From Oopsacas minuta (Eukaryota; Animalia; Porifera), in contig JAKMXF010000033.1 in the NCBI GenBank assembly GCA_024704765.1, forward strand, positions 310,001-374,000: a stretch of DNA of 64,000 nt, read 5' to 3'. The translations under genes and the position numbers were made by a program. Below, piece by piece: positions 35,002 to 46,534 of this stretch. The stretch's first letter is position 1. Each line of letters begins with the position of its first letter. The notes below the pieces were generated by a model. The model was not told the origin of the DNA. It made no database searches and was given only the letters and a program-made list of their open reading frames with translations.

Positions 35002-36264
35002 TTATTTGACCAGATTGTAGTATATTATCCCACCGACCAGTGTTGGAATCCCGAATACAATTATGCCAGGGCCCAGAGCAAGTAGTACAGGTATAAGAAG
35101 TAGAGAGAGTGCTGAAAGTACTCCGATCTCCGATAAGAAAACACTCCAACGGACAAATTTCGTGTACCGAGGGCCTTGGCTGAATTTATAACGTCTGCAA
35201 CCGAATATACTCCATTTTGAATCGTGACCTCCAAATATGAGAGTTTGTATTTTTCTGTTACCACAGTCGTAACACCAATGTGTGTGACATCGTGAACATG
35301 TCATGTTAGGACAGCCAGAGATACGCTGGATAGGAACTTTACATTTAGGACACTTATGAGCATTTGCTTGATTGCCAGATCGTTTCTTCATCCAATCCTT
35401 GAAGAGGCCATCTCCTTTCTGGAATCCTTTACAAGACACACCCTCATGCCAAGGTGCCTGACAGTAAAAGCAGAAAACCTTGTCGCAATTATCGCAAGCT
35501 GTTCGAGCAATTTTAGAATTACTGTTTCCCTTATATCGCTTCATTTTCTTCAAATCTTTCTCAGTTCTCTCAACCACATGATAACAGTTGGTGCAAGCCC
35601 TAATTGTACTCTTATCTTTTGCATTGACTAGCATGTAAGTGAATTTTTTCTTATCAATTGAACCTAGATGTTGGTAAACAAGTGATTCTAATAGCTTTTC
35701 ATTACAGGACATACATGGGATTATTGTTCGCCCTTCTTCGTACTGAGCTGCGATATGAGAAGTAAGACATTTATTGCAACAGCTATCGTTACAACAAGGC
35801 ATAGTTATCATTGTATCCGGTGGTGACGGAGCGTAGCAGATGTCACAAAGAGGATGTAGCTCTTCCACAATAGAAATTTCAGGCTCAATCTCAAATATTG
35901 AAGTTTGAATTTTAACGCCATGAGGTGGGAGATTAGGAGGAGGTAATGGGATAATTAACTCATCTGTACTCACGTTAAGAAGATGTCCGCCCATTAGCAA
36001 AGCAATATCCGTCAGTTCAAACGAATCGGACGGACTAGTGCTTATAATACTAGATGAATAGTGAGAGTAGAGAGACTCCATATCTGAAGTATAGTTAGAA
36101 TCTTCTACCGGAGCGTACTTTGATATAATAAAGGGTTCCTCATCTGATATAGATGTCGATTCGGGGTCAAATGTTGAGCAGCGATTCACCTTACTATCTA
36201 ATTCAATGGATTGTATGTGTTCCATGTTTATAATAGAACTGTCTATGAATTGAGTTAATGACAT
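35002..36264 (-). CDS. RNF217: RBR-type E3 ubiquitin ligase with a C-terminal TM anchor, RNF217-like
   Basis: RING1 (CDIC...PCCNDSCCNKC...CMSC), IBR (CTNC...CDNCDKVFCFYCQAPWHEGVSC), RING2 (CPKCKVPIQRISGCPNMTCSRC), then GGHDSKWSIFGC (RNF217-like) and a hydrophobic tail. Confidence 0.85.
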   Translation of the reverse strand: MSLTQFIDSSIINMEHIQSIELDSKVNRCSTFDPESTSISDEEPFIISKYAPVEDSNYTSDMESLYSHYSSSIISTSPSDSFELTDIALLMGGHLLNVSTDELIIPLPPPNLPPHGVKIQTSIFEIEPEISIVEELHPLCDICYAPSPPDTMITMPCCNDSCCNKCLTSHIAAQYEEGRTIIPCMSCNEKLLESLVYQHLGSIDKKKFTYMLVNAKDKSTIRACTNCYHVVERTEKDLKKMKRYKGNSNSKIARTACDNCDKVFCFYCQAPWHEGVSCKGFQKGDGLFKDWMKKRSGNQANAHKCPKCKVPIQRISGCPNMTCSRCHTHWCYDCGNRKIQTLIFGGHDSKWSIFGCRRYKFSQGPRYTKFVRWSVFLSEIGVLSALSLLLIPVLLALGPGIIVFGIPTLVGGIIYYNLVK

Positions 36265-37746
36265 CGTTAACTTCTGTATCGTATACAGAATCTAAATTCA
36301 ATGTAGTATTTATATTAATATAAAATATCAAATTCTAAGGCAAAAGGAAATGTCATAACAATATACAGAGAATAAATCTATATTTAGTAATGCGAGTGGA
36401 GAGTTTGACCTAATAATAGTGAGGATTCACTAAATTGGAAAAAGTTAAAATTAGAAAAGTTAAAAATAAAAGGTGATTAGTTTGAAACGAAAAGGCATTA
36501 TGGAAATTATTGGATACTATCTACACAAGCTATACTTTCAATAAAGTAGGTTGAGTGACTTCCTTATTAGAGAAAATTAAACTATCAGATATTAACCACG
36601 TTGCCTTTATTACGTGGCTACAACTTTGTATTTCTTGATGTATCAAGTTGCAACTAATACCTAAGATATATACTATAATATTAGATAATTCGGTTATATG
36701 AAGAATTGAAGATAGATTGTCTTTTGCTCTTGCAATAAGATATAATTACCAAAATTAGTGAACTAAATGGAAGGACACTTAGAAGTGAAACATAAGTATT
36801 TGTAGCTTAATGCCCTTTATATAATGGTAATCAGTGTAGCTTTGTCGGTGATAATTACCCAAGGTAAATGATGAAATAGTGATTATAACAACCCCCAAGT
36901 ATGATTATTGTGTATATAAATTTGGCAATTTATCTAACTAGAAATAGTTTATGAATAATATCGGTTAGAATATATTATAATGTAATCAAAACCTTCGAGG
37001 ATTAATAGTAAATATTATCATATTTGTTGCAATAGAGTGCAAGGTTCCCTTTAAGATAGATAAAATCATGTTACAAATTTACGCGTGGGTAGCGATAAAC
37101 TAATTGAAGTTGAGTTCGAACAATGGTTTCTTAATTGAATTATTATATCTTTATCCCCTGCTGGATGAGAGGATGAGTAAATAATAGTTTGGCTAGTAAC
37201 GAGTCTCTAATGAATAGCAGAAAGGTGAAATGGCCCACACATTAATGCGTCAAGATATATATACCAGGTCACTGTATGTAGCACTATTATCCGATCTATG
37301 TAATATACATATGTATCTATACACACACCACTAGCGTAGGAAAAAAATAATATTTCTTGCAATAGTCAGTATGTTAAACCGAATACATTTGTTTACTGTA
37401 ATCAGACATAAAAACACTACCCACACATGTGGTTGACTGCTGTTGATTAGGTCAAAAACGAGCTATAGGTAAATATATCCTATTTCAAAGTAGAAAGCCA
37501 GTCACGTGTACACATCATGTAAATATCCCATTAACATCATCAATTATCGTCGCTCATAGTTCTATAACTGTCCACCTCAGCTTTTTCCATTAATATGTTT
37601 TAGAGGCAAGAGTTGCATTCTTGTTTTCAGTGAAATGATTGCTGGGTTTAATTGGGTGCCCAGAACTACACTAATAGGGGTCTGGATACCCCAAGGGGCA
37701 GCATACACTGAAAGCTCGTATTTAGAACATAAAGAGTATACATGTA

Positions 37747-37925
37747 CAGTCAACTCCCGTTACATCGAGCACAGATAATAGAATTACTCGCTTAGAGTAA
37801 AATTGTACAAATACGCCAAGTCGTCATAGTAACCTATTTGATTGGTTATATCGAACTCTTATAACGAAGGAATTATCGCCGTCACGTCCCTTAAGCTTCG
37901 ATTAAACGTAAACGGGAGCTGACTG
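37747..37925. mobile_element. MITE family A (reverse orientation)
   Basis: TA|CAGTCAACTCCCGTTAC ... GTAAACGGGAGCTGACTG|TA. Confidence 0.82.
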
Positions 37926-38322
37926 TAAGAATTTTCATCAGCACTGTAATTACACAAACTTGCGCATTTATTCGATGAAAAATTTCGATCCAAAATGAGC
38001 AAATACATTTCCTTAGAAAGAACAAAGCATCCATTAACTGTCCTGTTTAATATATGCAGTATTAATATGTATCATCTACAATCAATTAAAATTGCATATT
38101 TGCCCCTTACATTATCACTGCGCATAACCACTATCTAGAGTATTTATCAATATTCATTATAATAAGGATAAGAAGCGTAAGAATGTATCTTTGTGAATCT
38201 AGAATAGATAATAACCTCAGCAAACACTTCAGGGACAGGATGAAAAAATACATAATTATACTCTAATCGTTAATTTCTCACAAAGAAGTGTTAATTCCAT
38301 ATATATGTATTATCTGTGTATT

Positions 38323-39645
38323 CTATTGGAGAGATGGTTCAGATGAATAATGTATTGGAATACCAGTTTGTCCAGTTTGAACTATAGATGGTGCTATTTC
38401 AGCATTGGGCTCTAAGCCTTGCCAAGTTCTGTCTCGGAGGAAGACAGTTGCATCGTTTTGCCTTTTATCCTGAACTGCATAATCGTATTTTACTTGAAGT
38501 TCAGTAGTTTGACTCTCTGAGAAGTCATTTCCATCTGTATCATGTATTTCCTCATTAATACGAAGAGATGAAAAGTTTACTATATTACTATTAACATCGT
38601 TAATATAATTATCAGTAATGACAGAGCAGTGAGAATCCGTGAGGGAGAGATAGAGTTCATTAGGTGTAATTATTGGTTTATAGAACTCACTAGAATCTAG
38701 TATAACATTCTCTGGACATCCTAATAACACGAAAATATCGATTTCAAGAAAATTTGCTAGCTTAGTGGGCTGAATATTCCCCATAGATATTGTATAATAT
38801 TCCTTCCCTTTCTTTCGCAGAGCAGACTTAATGTCAGATATTATGTGTAAACAATCGGCGAGCCACATATTTCCTATAAGAATGCCTATAATAGCCGCGG
38901 AATCGACTTTTTGCATCAAATAATATCTCTTTTTAAGAAGCTTACTCTCATTACCAAGCTGTGTTATGGAATTAGAATTAGGTGAAAGTAAATAGAAATT
39001 ATTTGAATGAAAAGCTAATTTGAAATTCAGACAAGTACGGTTTTCTTCACCTATGAATAAAACAGTATAATTTTCTCTAGAGAATTTGAGAGAAATCTTT
39101 CTACCAAAACATATTTCATTAACATGAGTATCTGCTTCTGTCGTGTGTTCTGTTAATAGCTCTGAGTACTCCAGATTAATATAATCACTTTTTAGTACTG
39201 TGTACATGCCCTTAGCCAATTTATAACAATTCGTGTTGTAAATTAATAGAATTGGGGTATCTCTGGTTACAAATAAATTCTGCACTAATTCAACTAACGG
39301 AAGATAGTCTACTTGTAGCTCATTGAAAATATAGAGAGTTGGAATAGCTGTTACTCGGCTGAAACAGGAATTCCCAAAGTGTATGATGCAATTACAATTT
39401 AATTTCTGAGCTTGAATCTCGTCGATACAACAAGAATGATAAGGCGAATCGCCAATGATAAATATATTCTTACCCGTTTTTGCTTCTAGGACATTTGTCA
39501 AGGCAACAGCGTATTTTAGCAACTCAGATGGAACTTGCAAGGCTACGCGGTTACAATCACAATTTTGGATAAATTCACAACATCTCTCTAACTCGAAATG
39601 ATTAGGAATATTCGTGTGAGCAAAATATTGTCCATGATCTGCCAT
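38323..39645 (-). CDS. DPH2: Diphthamide biosynthesis protein 2
   Basis: RVALQVPSELL, IIGDSPYHSCCIDEI, IIHFGNSC, LKKRYYLMQK, KLANFLEIDIFVLLGCPE, FYKPIITPNEL, FLRDRTWQGLE and GQTGIPIHY. Confidence 0.93.
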   Translation of the reverse strand: MADHGQYFAHTNIPNHFELERCCEFIQNCDCNRVALQVPSELLKYAVALTNVLEAKTGKNIFIIGDSPYHSCCIDEIQAQKLNCNCIIHFGNSCFSRVTAIPTLYIFNELQVDYLPLVELVQNLFVTRDTPILLIYNTNCYKLAKGMYTVLKSDYINLEYSELLTEHTTEADTHVNEICFGRKISLKFSRENYTVLFIGEENRTCLNFKLAFHSNNFYLLSPNSNSITQLGNESKLLKKRYYLMQKVDSAAIIGILIGNMWLADCLHIISDIKSALRKKGKEYYTISMGNIQPTKLANFLEIDIFVLLGCPENVILDSSEFYKPIITPNELYLSLTDSHCSVITDNYINDVNSNIVNFSSLRINEEIHDTDGNDFSESQTTELQVKYDYAVQDKRQNDATVFLRDRTWQGLEPNAEIAPSIVQTGQTGIPIHYSSEPSLQ

Positions 39646-39910
39646 TAATTTATACTAATCTATTCCATTTAAGTACAATGTGAACAAACTGTAATATAAA
39701 TATGGGTAAGGTTATATTTAAAGTTAGTCATATCTAGTAAGAAAGAAATGATCAAGCAGAGTATTTACGGCTGTCTATTGTGAGATGATTATTTACAAAT
39801 GCATATAGGATTCATAATATATGCAATTATACTCAAATTCAAGAATGTGTATTTCCATTAAAATTCAAAAAAAAATATTACAGAATTTTAGTCAATTTCT
39901 CGATCTTGTC

Positions 39911-42133
39911 TCAATCAATCTTCTCAGCTAATCGTTGACTCTCACTGAAGGTTTTCTTAATAGTAGTAGAAGCAATAAAGTGAGGTCCATCGTCTTCATA
40001 TTCCATATACTTGTAGAAATATGACATGATGCCAAACAGGAAGGAAATCACTATCGCAGCTCCCGCGAAGAAAAAGAATTCTACAACTTGGCTTGAAAAA
40101 AGTTGGAATTGAGATACAAAGAAAACAAGCAAATTCCCAAAAGCAACAGTTAGCAACCACATAGCCAGCATTACAGATTTCAAACTAGCAGGCGACTGCG
40201 AATACGCGAATTCTAACCCCGAAATTGAGAACATAACTTCACCAACCGTCATTACAAAGTACATAGGTATTTGCCATAGAAAAGACACACTTCGATCTAT
40301 ACCAAGAGAAGGCTGTAGGAACACGCTACCGCTATCATTAGCGTAAACGAGCAATGATTTAATATCACCGTTCAATACACTAAATGCTATAGATTTGTTG
40401 GAAAATTCTAGAAAAAACTCTCCTTCAGGAATCCTGTAGAATTCAGATATTCCTAAAGCAGGTACAGAGCTATTAAAATATATTTCATCGCCCTGATCCT
40501 GTCGTATAGAGAACAGAATATCTCTGGATAGTGAGTTAATATACTGGACAGAAGCCTCGTATTTTGTTACCTCAGGACGAGCTAGGTTCATATCGGTACA
40601 ATATGGCTTAACGGTGGGTGAATTGGCGAGCAGAACAGTACAAGTCAAGGTAGAATTAAGGTTTACACCGTAATTGTAAGATTGCTTCGAACCAGAGCTT
40701 TCAACAGTAAATGAGAGAGAATATTTCCCTGACGAAAGGGTGCTCTGATTAAAATCACCTGGCTCTACCGTTGAATTAAGTATTAGAGTATTATTGCTGT
40801 TGAATATACTGACATTAGCCTGATGTGATGTGGGATTGAATAGTTTTAGGTAAGTCATATCGTTAGGGGCAGAAAGGTCCGCTCCAGCCTCGATCTGAAT
40901 TTGCACTATAGCTGATAAAATGAAAGCTACTCCAGCGAGGAAAATTCCGATTGTCATTTTCCGTAGCGTAGTTACCTTGATGCCACACTTACGAACTAAT
41001 GGGTAAATGATTTTATCGAATATAGGGATAAATACCAGTATAAAGATAGGATTTATTATCTGCACTTGATCAGGATGTATACTGATTACACCGATTGATG
41101 TATACATTCTAGCGACCTGAAATAACCAGCGAGATCCTTGCTGATCGAATAATGCCCAGAATATAGGCAGTGGAAGGAACATAACGAACACTTTCACAAC
41201 TGCCTTAACCCCCACAACTAATGATGTATCGTATTTAGGCACAGCCCAATCGAGCCAATGATCCTTCTTTATACCACTTTTCCGTTTTTTGAACCTCTCC
41301 TTAATGGCATAGAATATGATAGCAAATATCTGTACATACACATTCCGTCCTGTAGGAGGAACCTTAACGTATAGGAAGCTACCAGCTATAAACACGATAA
41401 TGGAGCATATCATTAGGATTGCTGGGACACCAAATGATGCTACATAACAATCAGCTCCAAAACACTGTATATCTCTACGTAAAATCGGTGTTAGGAATAT
41501 AGAGAGAAGACTACCAGCGTTTATTGAGAAATAGAAAAGCGAGAAGAACGCCGCTAGCAAGGAAGGATCGCCTTTCTTAACCTGATCGCCTCCAAAAGCA
41601 GATACGCAAGGCTTAATTCCTCCTGTCCCTAGCGCAATAAGAATCAACCCAATTATACAAATAGCAAGTCTTACCGGTATAATGTTAGCGACAAGACAAG
41701 GAACAGCTGATAGAGATATAAGGACACATCCAATAGCATATATGATAGAATATATTAGAATTGTCTTAAATTTACCGATATAGCTATCTGCCATCATGGA
41801 TCCGAATATGGGCATAAAGAATGCTAAGAATGTGTACATATGGAATACAGCAGTTGCGTTGTCTTCACTAACGTCCAATTGGAATGTAAGATATAGCACT
41901 AACACTGCTCGCATACCGTAGTACGCAAATCTCTCACAGAATTCATTTCCAACTATGAAATATACACTAACCGGGAAACTGGAGAAGAATTTACAAAATT
42001 GGGTGAATCGGGAAGACAATTTGGGTTTTTGGGGTTTAGGATGGATCGCGATATCTACAGTATTCTCATTGTCTGTTTCTCCAGCGATGGAGCCGTTTTC
42101 GCCTATTAACTTTGTCTTCTCTTCAGAGGCCAT
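39911..42133 (-). CDS. Proton-coupled oligopeptide transporter (SLC15A1/A2, PepT family)
   Basis: Intronless 740 aa with the ExxERFxYYG motif (NEFCERFAYYGMR), GTGGIKPCVSAFGGDQ, FYFSINAGSL, FWALFDQQGSRW, a large extracellular domain and GLEFAYSQSPASLKSV. Confidence 0.96.
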   Translation of the reverse strand: MASEEKTKLIGENGSIAGETDNENTVDIAIHPKPQKPKLSSRFTQFCKFFSSFPVSVYFIVGNEFCERFAYYGMRAVLVLYLTFQLDVSEDNATAVFHMYTFLAFFMPIFGSMMADSYIGKFKTILIYSIIYAIGCVLISLSAVPCLVANIIPVRLAICIIGLILIALGTGGIKPCVSAFGGDQVKKGDPSLLAAFFSLFYFSINAGSLLSIFLTPILRRDIQCFGADCYVASFGVPAILMICSIIVFIAGSFLYVKVPPTGRNVYVQIFAIIFYAIKERFKKRKSGIKKDHWLDWAVPKYDTSLVVGVKAVVKVFVMFLPLPIFWALFDQQGSRWLFQVARMYTSIGVISIHPDQVQIINPIFILVFIPIFDKIIYPLVRKCGIKVTTLRKMTIGIFLAGVAFILSAIVQIQIEAGADLSAPNDMTYLKLFNPTSHQANVSIFNSNNTLILNSTVEPGDFNQSTLSSGKYSLSFTVESSGSKQSYNYGVNLNSTLTCTVLLANSPTVKPYCTDMNLARPEVTKYEASVQYINSLSRDILFSIRQDQGDEIYFNSSVPALGISEFYRIPEGEFFLEFSNKSIAFSVLNGDIKSLLVYANDSGSVFLQPSLGIDRSVSFLWQIPMYFVMTVGEVMFSISGLEFAYSQSPASLKSVMLAMWLLTVAFGNLLVFFVSQFQLFSSQVVEFFFFAGAAIVISFLFGIMSYFYKYMEYEDDGPHFIASTTIKKTFSESQRLAEKID

Positions 42134-42320
42134 TAACTAATATACAAGGAATAATGCGCTTAGTCATACACTTAAGTATAAGGCTAATATACATACTTAA
42201 ACCTTACAGAGAGGAGAGTGTAAAACTACTTATTCAGAATTATAATTTAACATCCTACGGAAGAGATCACAAATCTCTACAAACAATAAAGCTTATGGCG
42301 AGAATATAGAAATTATAACA

Positions 42321-42486
42321 CAGTCAACTCCTGTTATATAGAAGCTCAAGGGATCGCGATAATCACTTCGATATAACCGATAAATATATGTTACTTTGAT
42401 GGTTTGGACCATATTTGTACAATTTAAGCCTTCGATATAAGCGGGTATTTTGATATCCCCGTGTTCAATATAGCGGGAGTTGACTG
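42321..42486. mobile_element. MITE family A
   Basis: CAGTCAACTCCTGTTATATAGAAG ... ATATAGCGGGAGTTGACTG|TA. Confidence 0.88.
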
Positions 42487-43710
42487 TAATTAATTTAACT
42501 ATTGCTATAGTAAGACAAGAGTTGCAGTTGCCATAATGAAATATTGTCATTAAGTTTAGAATTCTAACATTATACGTTTTACCCCACAGAATTATGCAAG
42601 TATTAAAACCAACAATTATTCTCCAATGAATAATAACTAGTTTCAAAGTCTGATAACAACAACTATTAAAGTATTCAGGGCATCTGGCATCGGTAAAAGA
42701 TCAAAATTCTGTAATTAAATTGCTACCACACCAAATCATGTAGAATGATAGAAATATATTAACATTGATAGGGCAAGTCATGGAAAGGCTTAGAACATAT
42801 GTGGAAAATTCTTGGAAAGGCGATAGCACATGAATAAATATGAGAAAAAGTATTCTATTTCATTCCACATATTTCTAAACTAACAAGTTTTCTCTACATA
42901 CATTATCAAATAGTTGTCTGACCACTAGCTAATCCTGTACGAAAAATTTTCCAATAATTCGGTAATAATGAGAAACAGACTATATAACCTATACCCTAAA
43001 AAGTTGGTAGGCAGTATCTACACGCTAAATTAGCTATTCTACGAATATAGAGTTAGAAATTATCGCATGAATGCGATCAATTGTAGAGCTCAATAATTCA
43101 GGTTGAATACATTCTAACTGTATTGTCAGCAATTATAAGATGAATGGATCTATGCGAAGTGTAGCGATTATACACTATAACCTTAAACCAAATCAGTAAA
43201 TATGTGCTAATGGATCTGAATTATTGAAATGTTGTTTATCAATATGTCTAATTTGTTTATTCTAAACAATAAACAATAAACAAAATAGAGCATAAATAAA
43301 TAATATAATTTCCAGCATCATATGTTCACGTAACAAGTATATCTCTATGATTTACCAAAATTATACAAGTGGAGCCTCAACACGTGGGGCCTCCTGAAGC
43401 TGGGTTAAAATATGTGTCAAAACATTGATCAGAATGTAAATGAACCTCTGAAAGCGGGAAGAGGGTTTCGGAGACCAAATATAGGGTACCCAACCTCCCA
43501 GCTTCGGGATGTTCCAGAATATACGTATAAAATTTAGTTGGTATAACTCTTCAGTTAGAAATCACATATATGGTGCTATTAGACTAAGTCACTAAGAGAT
43601 GTGATATGTAATCAGAGCAAAACAAGATAAAACACATGAACTATTGAATCAACACATAAGGAACCTAAATATGGAGTGAAACGAAAAGGGGCCAATCCCC
43701 CTATAAGAAT

Positions 43711-44058
43711 TTATTTGTCATAAGCATTTATACTTGACTTTTGATACTCTTCAATTAATCTCAATTCTTTGCTGAATTGAGGTAAATTCTTGAGCTTCTG
43801 GTCTAACATTTTCTTTTCAGAAATAATCTTATCCCAATCAATAGGATCAGTAGAAATTATTTTCTTATCAGATTTTACGCTAGATCCATTGGATTCCAAT
43901 TCAGCACATAGGTTGTCAAGTTTTAGAGGTATTTCACTAGCTAGTATCACAGATTGATCAAGCTTAGAAACCGCGGATTGTTGTTGTAACTTAGACTTTT
44001 CATAGACAGAGAGAAGCTCTGCGAATTCGGGCTCTTCTCCTGAGAATGTTCGATACAT
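43711..44058 (-). CDS. Hypothetical 115-aa helical/coiled-coil protein
   Basis: ATG-initiated ORF with natural amino acid composition, co-oriented 96 bp downstream of PRPF4; no family recognised. Confidence 0.55.
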   Translation of the reverse strand: MYRTFSGEEPEFAELLSVYEKSKLQQQSAVSKLDQSVILASEIPLKLDNLCAELESNGSSVKSDKKIISTDPIDWDKIISEKKMLDQKLKNLPQFSKELRLIEEYQKSSINAYDK

Positions 44059-44154
44059 TTGTTAGAAAACAGAATTGCTAGTATTAACGATGCATCATCT
44101 AAAGTAAATAACAACAAACAACAATCTATAAAACTGCAGCAAAAAATAAAATAT

Positions 44155-46095
44155 TTAATTATGAGTTGTCTGCCATAATTTAAAAGTTCTATCATAAGAA
44201 GTGGTCAGGATATAGTTGTCATCTTCTGATACATCAACACACATAACTTTATCATCATGTCCAGCTAGCGTCCTTAAAGGAGCCCATCCAGGATGTAACC
44301 AGGCCTTAGCAATCCTGTCATACCCAGAGGTGAGAAGATATTGTCCTGTTGTCTTCTGGAATACCACGTGGGACACCAGATTCTTGTGTGCGGGGAGAGT
44401 ATAAATACAGCGTCTACCTCTCAGGTCCCATATCCGAGCTGAATGGTCTTCACTCCCAGTAGCTACACTTACACCGTTTGGAGAGAAGTCAATCGCTAGA
44501 ACATTACCAGAGTGTCCTCCTAGCAGCATTATACACTTCCCACTTCTCAGATCCCACATGCGTCCGTACGCATCCAAACCACAGGAGCCTGCAAGAGAAC
44601 CGTCTGGATGGAAAGCTATATTGTAGAGGGGCGCGGAGTGTCCCTCCTGATGTAACACCTCTGTACAGGTCTCTAGGTCCCAGAGACGCCAGGAGCTGTC
44701 ATAACACGCAGTACCTATGAAACGACCTGAAGGGTGGAATGACAGTCTTGATACTCTCTGTAGATGTCCCTGCAGGGCATGTAGAGGGCTAGGAGAGGAT
44801 AGACTCCACAAGAACACAGAACCGTCAGCAGCACAACTAGCTAGATTCAAACCTGTATCAGTTTGTGCTAGAGTTGATTGAGGATGAAATTTGATACAAG
44901 AGGCTCTATCCTTGTGTCCTTTAAGGGTGTGTAGTGTATCGCAGGCTGGTATAGACCAGATCTTACAATCTCCACTCCAAGAGGAAGTAGCTACCAGTTT
45001 AGAATTGGGAGAGAAGTGACAGAATGATACAGGTCGTGTGTCTCCTATCTGACTACAGTAATTGGAGAGAGAGGAGAGGATCTTCTGTATAGCTTGCCTC
45101 TGTTTAGTCTTTTCTTCTTGGAATAAAGTTCCTTTCTCTGATTTAGATTTCTCAATTGATATACGAGCTTTTGCTTGAGACAGCGAGTACTCACTTAGCC
45201 AATACCTATACAGTGGATTGTAAAGTTAATGAGCTTTCTGATACAATCAACTCACGTTAATCGAAGCTCAAGGAGCGCGATATATCTCGATATAACCTGT
45301 GAATAATATGTTACTTTGAAGGTTTGGGACCATATTTGCACGAATTCAGACTTTAACATAACGGGAGCTGTTTATCACTACAAATTACTGAGATACATAT
45401 ACAATGTTATATTACTTATAAACTGACCTACATGTTTTGAGTAGATCTGGTCCTAAATGATACCAAACTTGGTCAGCTGACTCGCCCTTACTATCACCTG
45501 GAATAGTCGACTGAGAAATATTTTTCTTATTTGTATCAGCTATTTGAGGAGAAGGCTGTTGTTCAGCTACTAGAGCCTTTAACCTGTCTCTCCTGTCAGC
45601 TGGATTCTCACCGAATAGAATTCTAGGTTCATCTAATTCCAGAAGGCGAAGTTTTACCTAAAATATTTGTAGTATTGAATAGTAATTTAACTCCCATTAT
45701 ATCAAACACGGATATATCAAAATACCCGCTTATATAGAAGTCCCAAACCATTAAAGTAACATATATTTATCGGTTATATGGAAGTGATTATCGCGTCCCT
45801 TGGGCTACGATATAACAGGAGTTAACTACATTTCACTACCTTATGATTACTATATTTTTACCTGTTCATCGTCAGTGGGTACAACTATGGATTTAAGGAA
45901 CTTTTTCCTTTCAAAAAGAGCCAAAATTTTCTGCTCTCTCATCTTGCTTAGATTCTCTAAATCCATAACATTTCCTTGAGATACATCAATATTCCCAGCT
46001 GCTATACCTTCTCTTAGAGCTTCACTTTGATCTAGCATCGTCTCTAGTTTACGTCTCTTACCTCTCGTATCACTCTCTATCTCTGCTGTAGACAT
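44155..46095 (-). CDS. PRPF4: U4/U6 snRNP protein Prp4 (3 exons, about 504 aa)
   Basis: Exons 46095-45862, 45657-45428 and 45205-44155 join in frame. Contains VPTDDEQVKLRLLELDEP..FGENPADRRDRL, WYHLGP and WD40 repeats (ACYDSSWRLWDLE, QEGHS, GSEDHSARIWDLR, TSYDRTFKLW). Confidence 0.96.
45244..45371. mobile_element. MITE family A in PRPF4 intron 2
   Basis: TA|CAATCAACTCACGTTAATCGAAGCTCAAGG with the family core and a decayed right end. Confidence 0.78.
45685..45829. mobile_element. MITE family A in PRPF4 intron 1
   Basis: AACTCCCATTATATC ... GATATAACAGGAGTTAAC with the inverted family core. Confidence 0.78.
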
Positions 46096-46180
46096 TCTAT
46101 TATGCTATAATACTGGAAGAGTAGCAAGAATAGAAACAGTATAAGTGGAGATTCTTCCAGGTGATAGCAAATTAGCAATA

Positions 46181-46337
46181 TAGTAGATGTCAGTTATAAG
46201 TACACCCTTGGGAGTAGCAATATGATTCTTATAACTGGCATAAAAGATTCAGGAATATATGAGACCAATTTTCCATAGGATGGTGCTTATATTCAGCATG
46301 CTATTATATCTGTTGTTCTTATAACCTACATCCACAG
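46181..46337. mobile_element. MITE family B
   Basis: TAGTAGATGTCAGTTATAAG ... CTTATAACCTACATCCACAG|TA. Confidence 0.8.
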
Positions 46338-46534
46338 TATAATTTAATAGGATGACTCGGGGGAACCATTCTACCCATTCGAAGCTTCCAAGCAGGTATT
46401 ACAATATTTGATTATACATCTTAATAAAAATATAATAAATATAAATGATATTGGTTGAAATTCTATAATGCCTTGTAACTTTATCCAAGAGATGATTATC
46501 AGCTGTTAGAAGCAGGAACATCTACAGCTAATTC

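Noticed and set aside
37635-37665. SECIS-like ATGA plus stem
   Set aside because: No 3' GA in register for the non-Watson-Crick quartet, and no plus-strand gene with an in-frame TGA upstream.
18331-42646. Short ORFs 18331-18564, 26479-26682, 30466-30651 and 42293-42646
   Set aside because: Each overlaps a MITE copy and has no protein features; chance frames.
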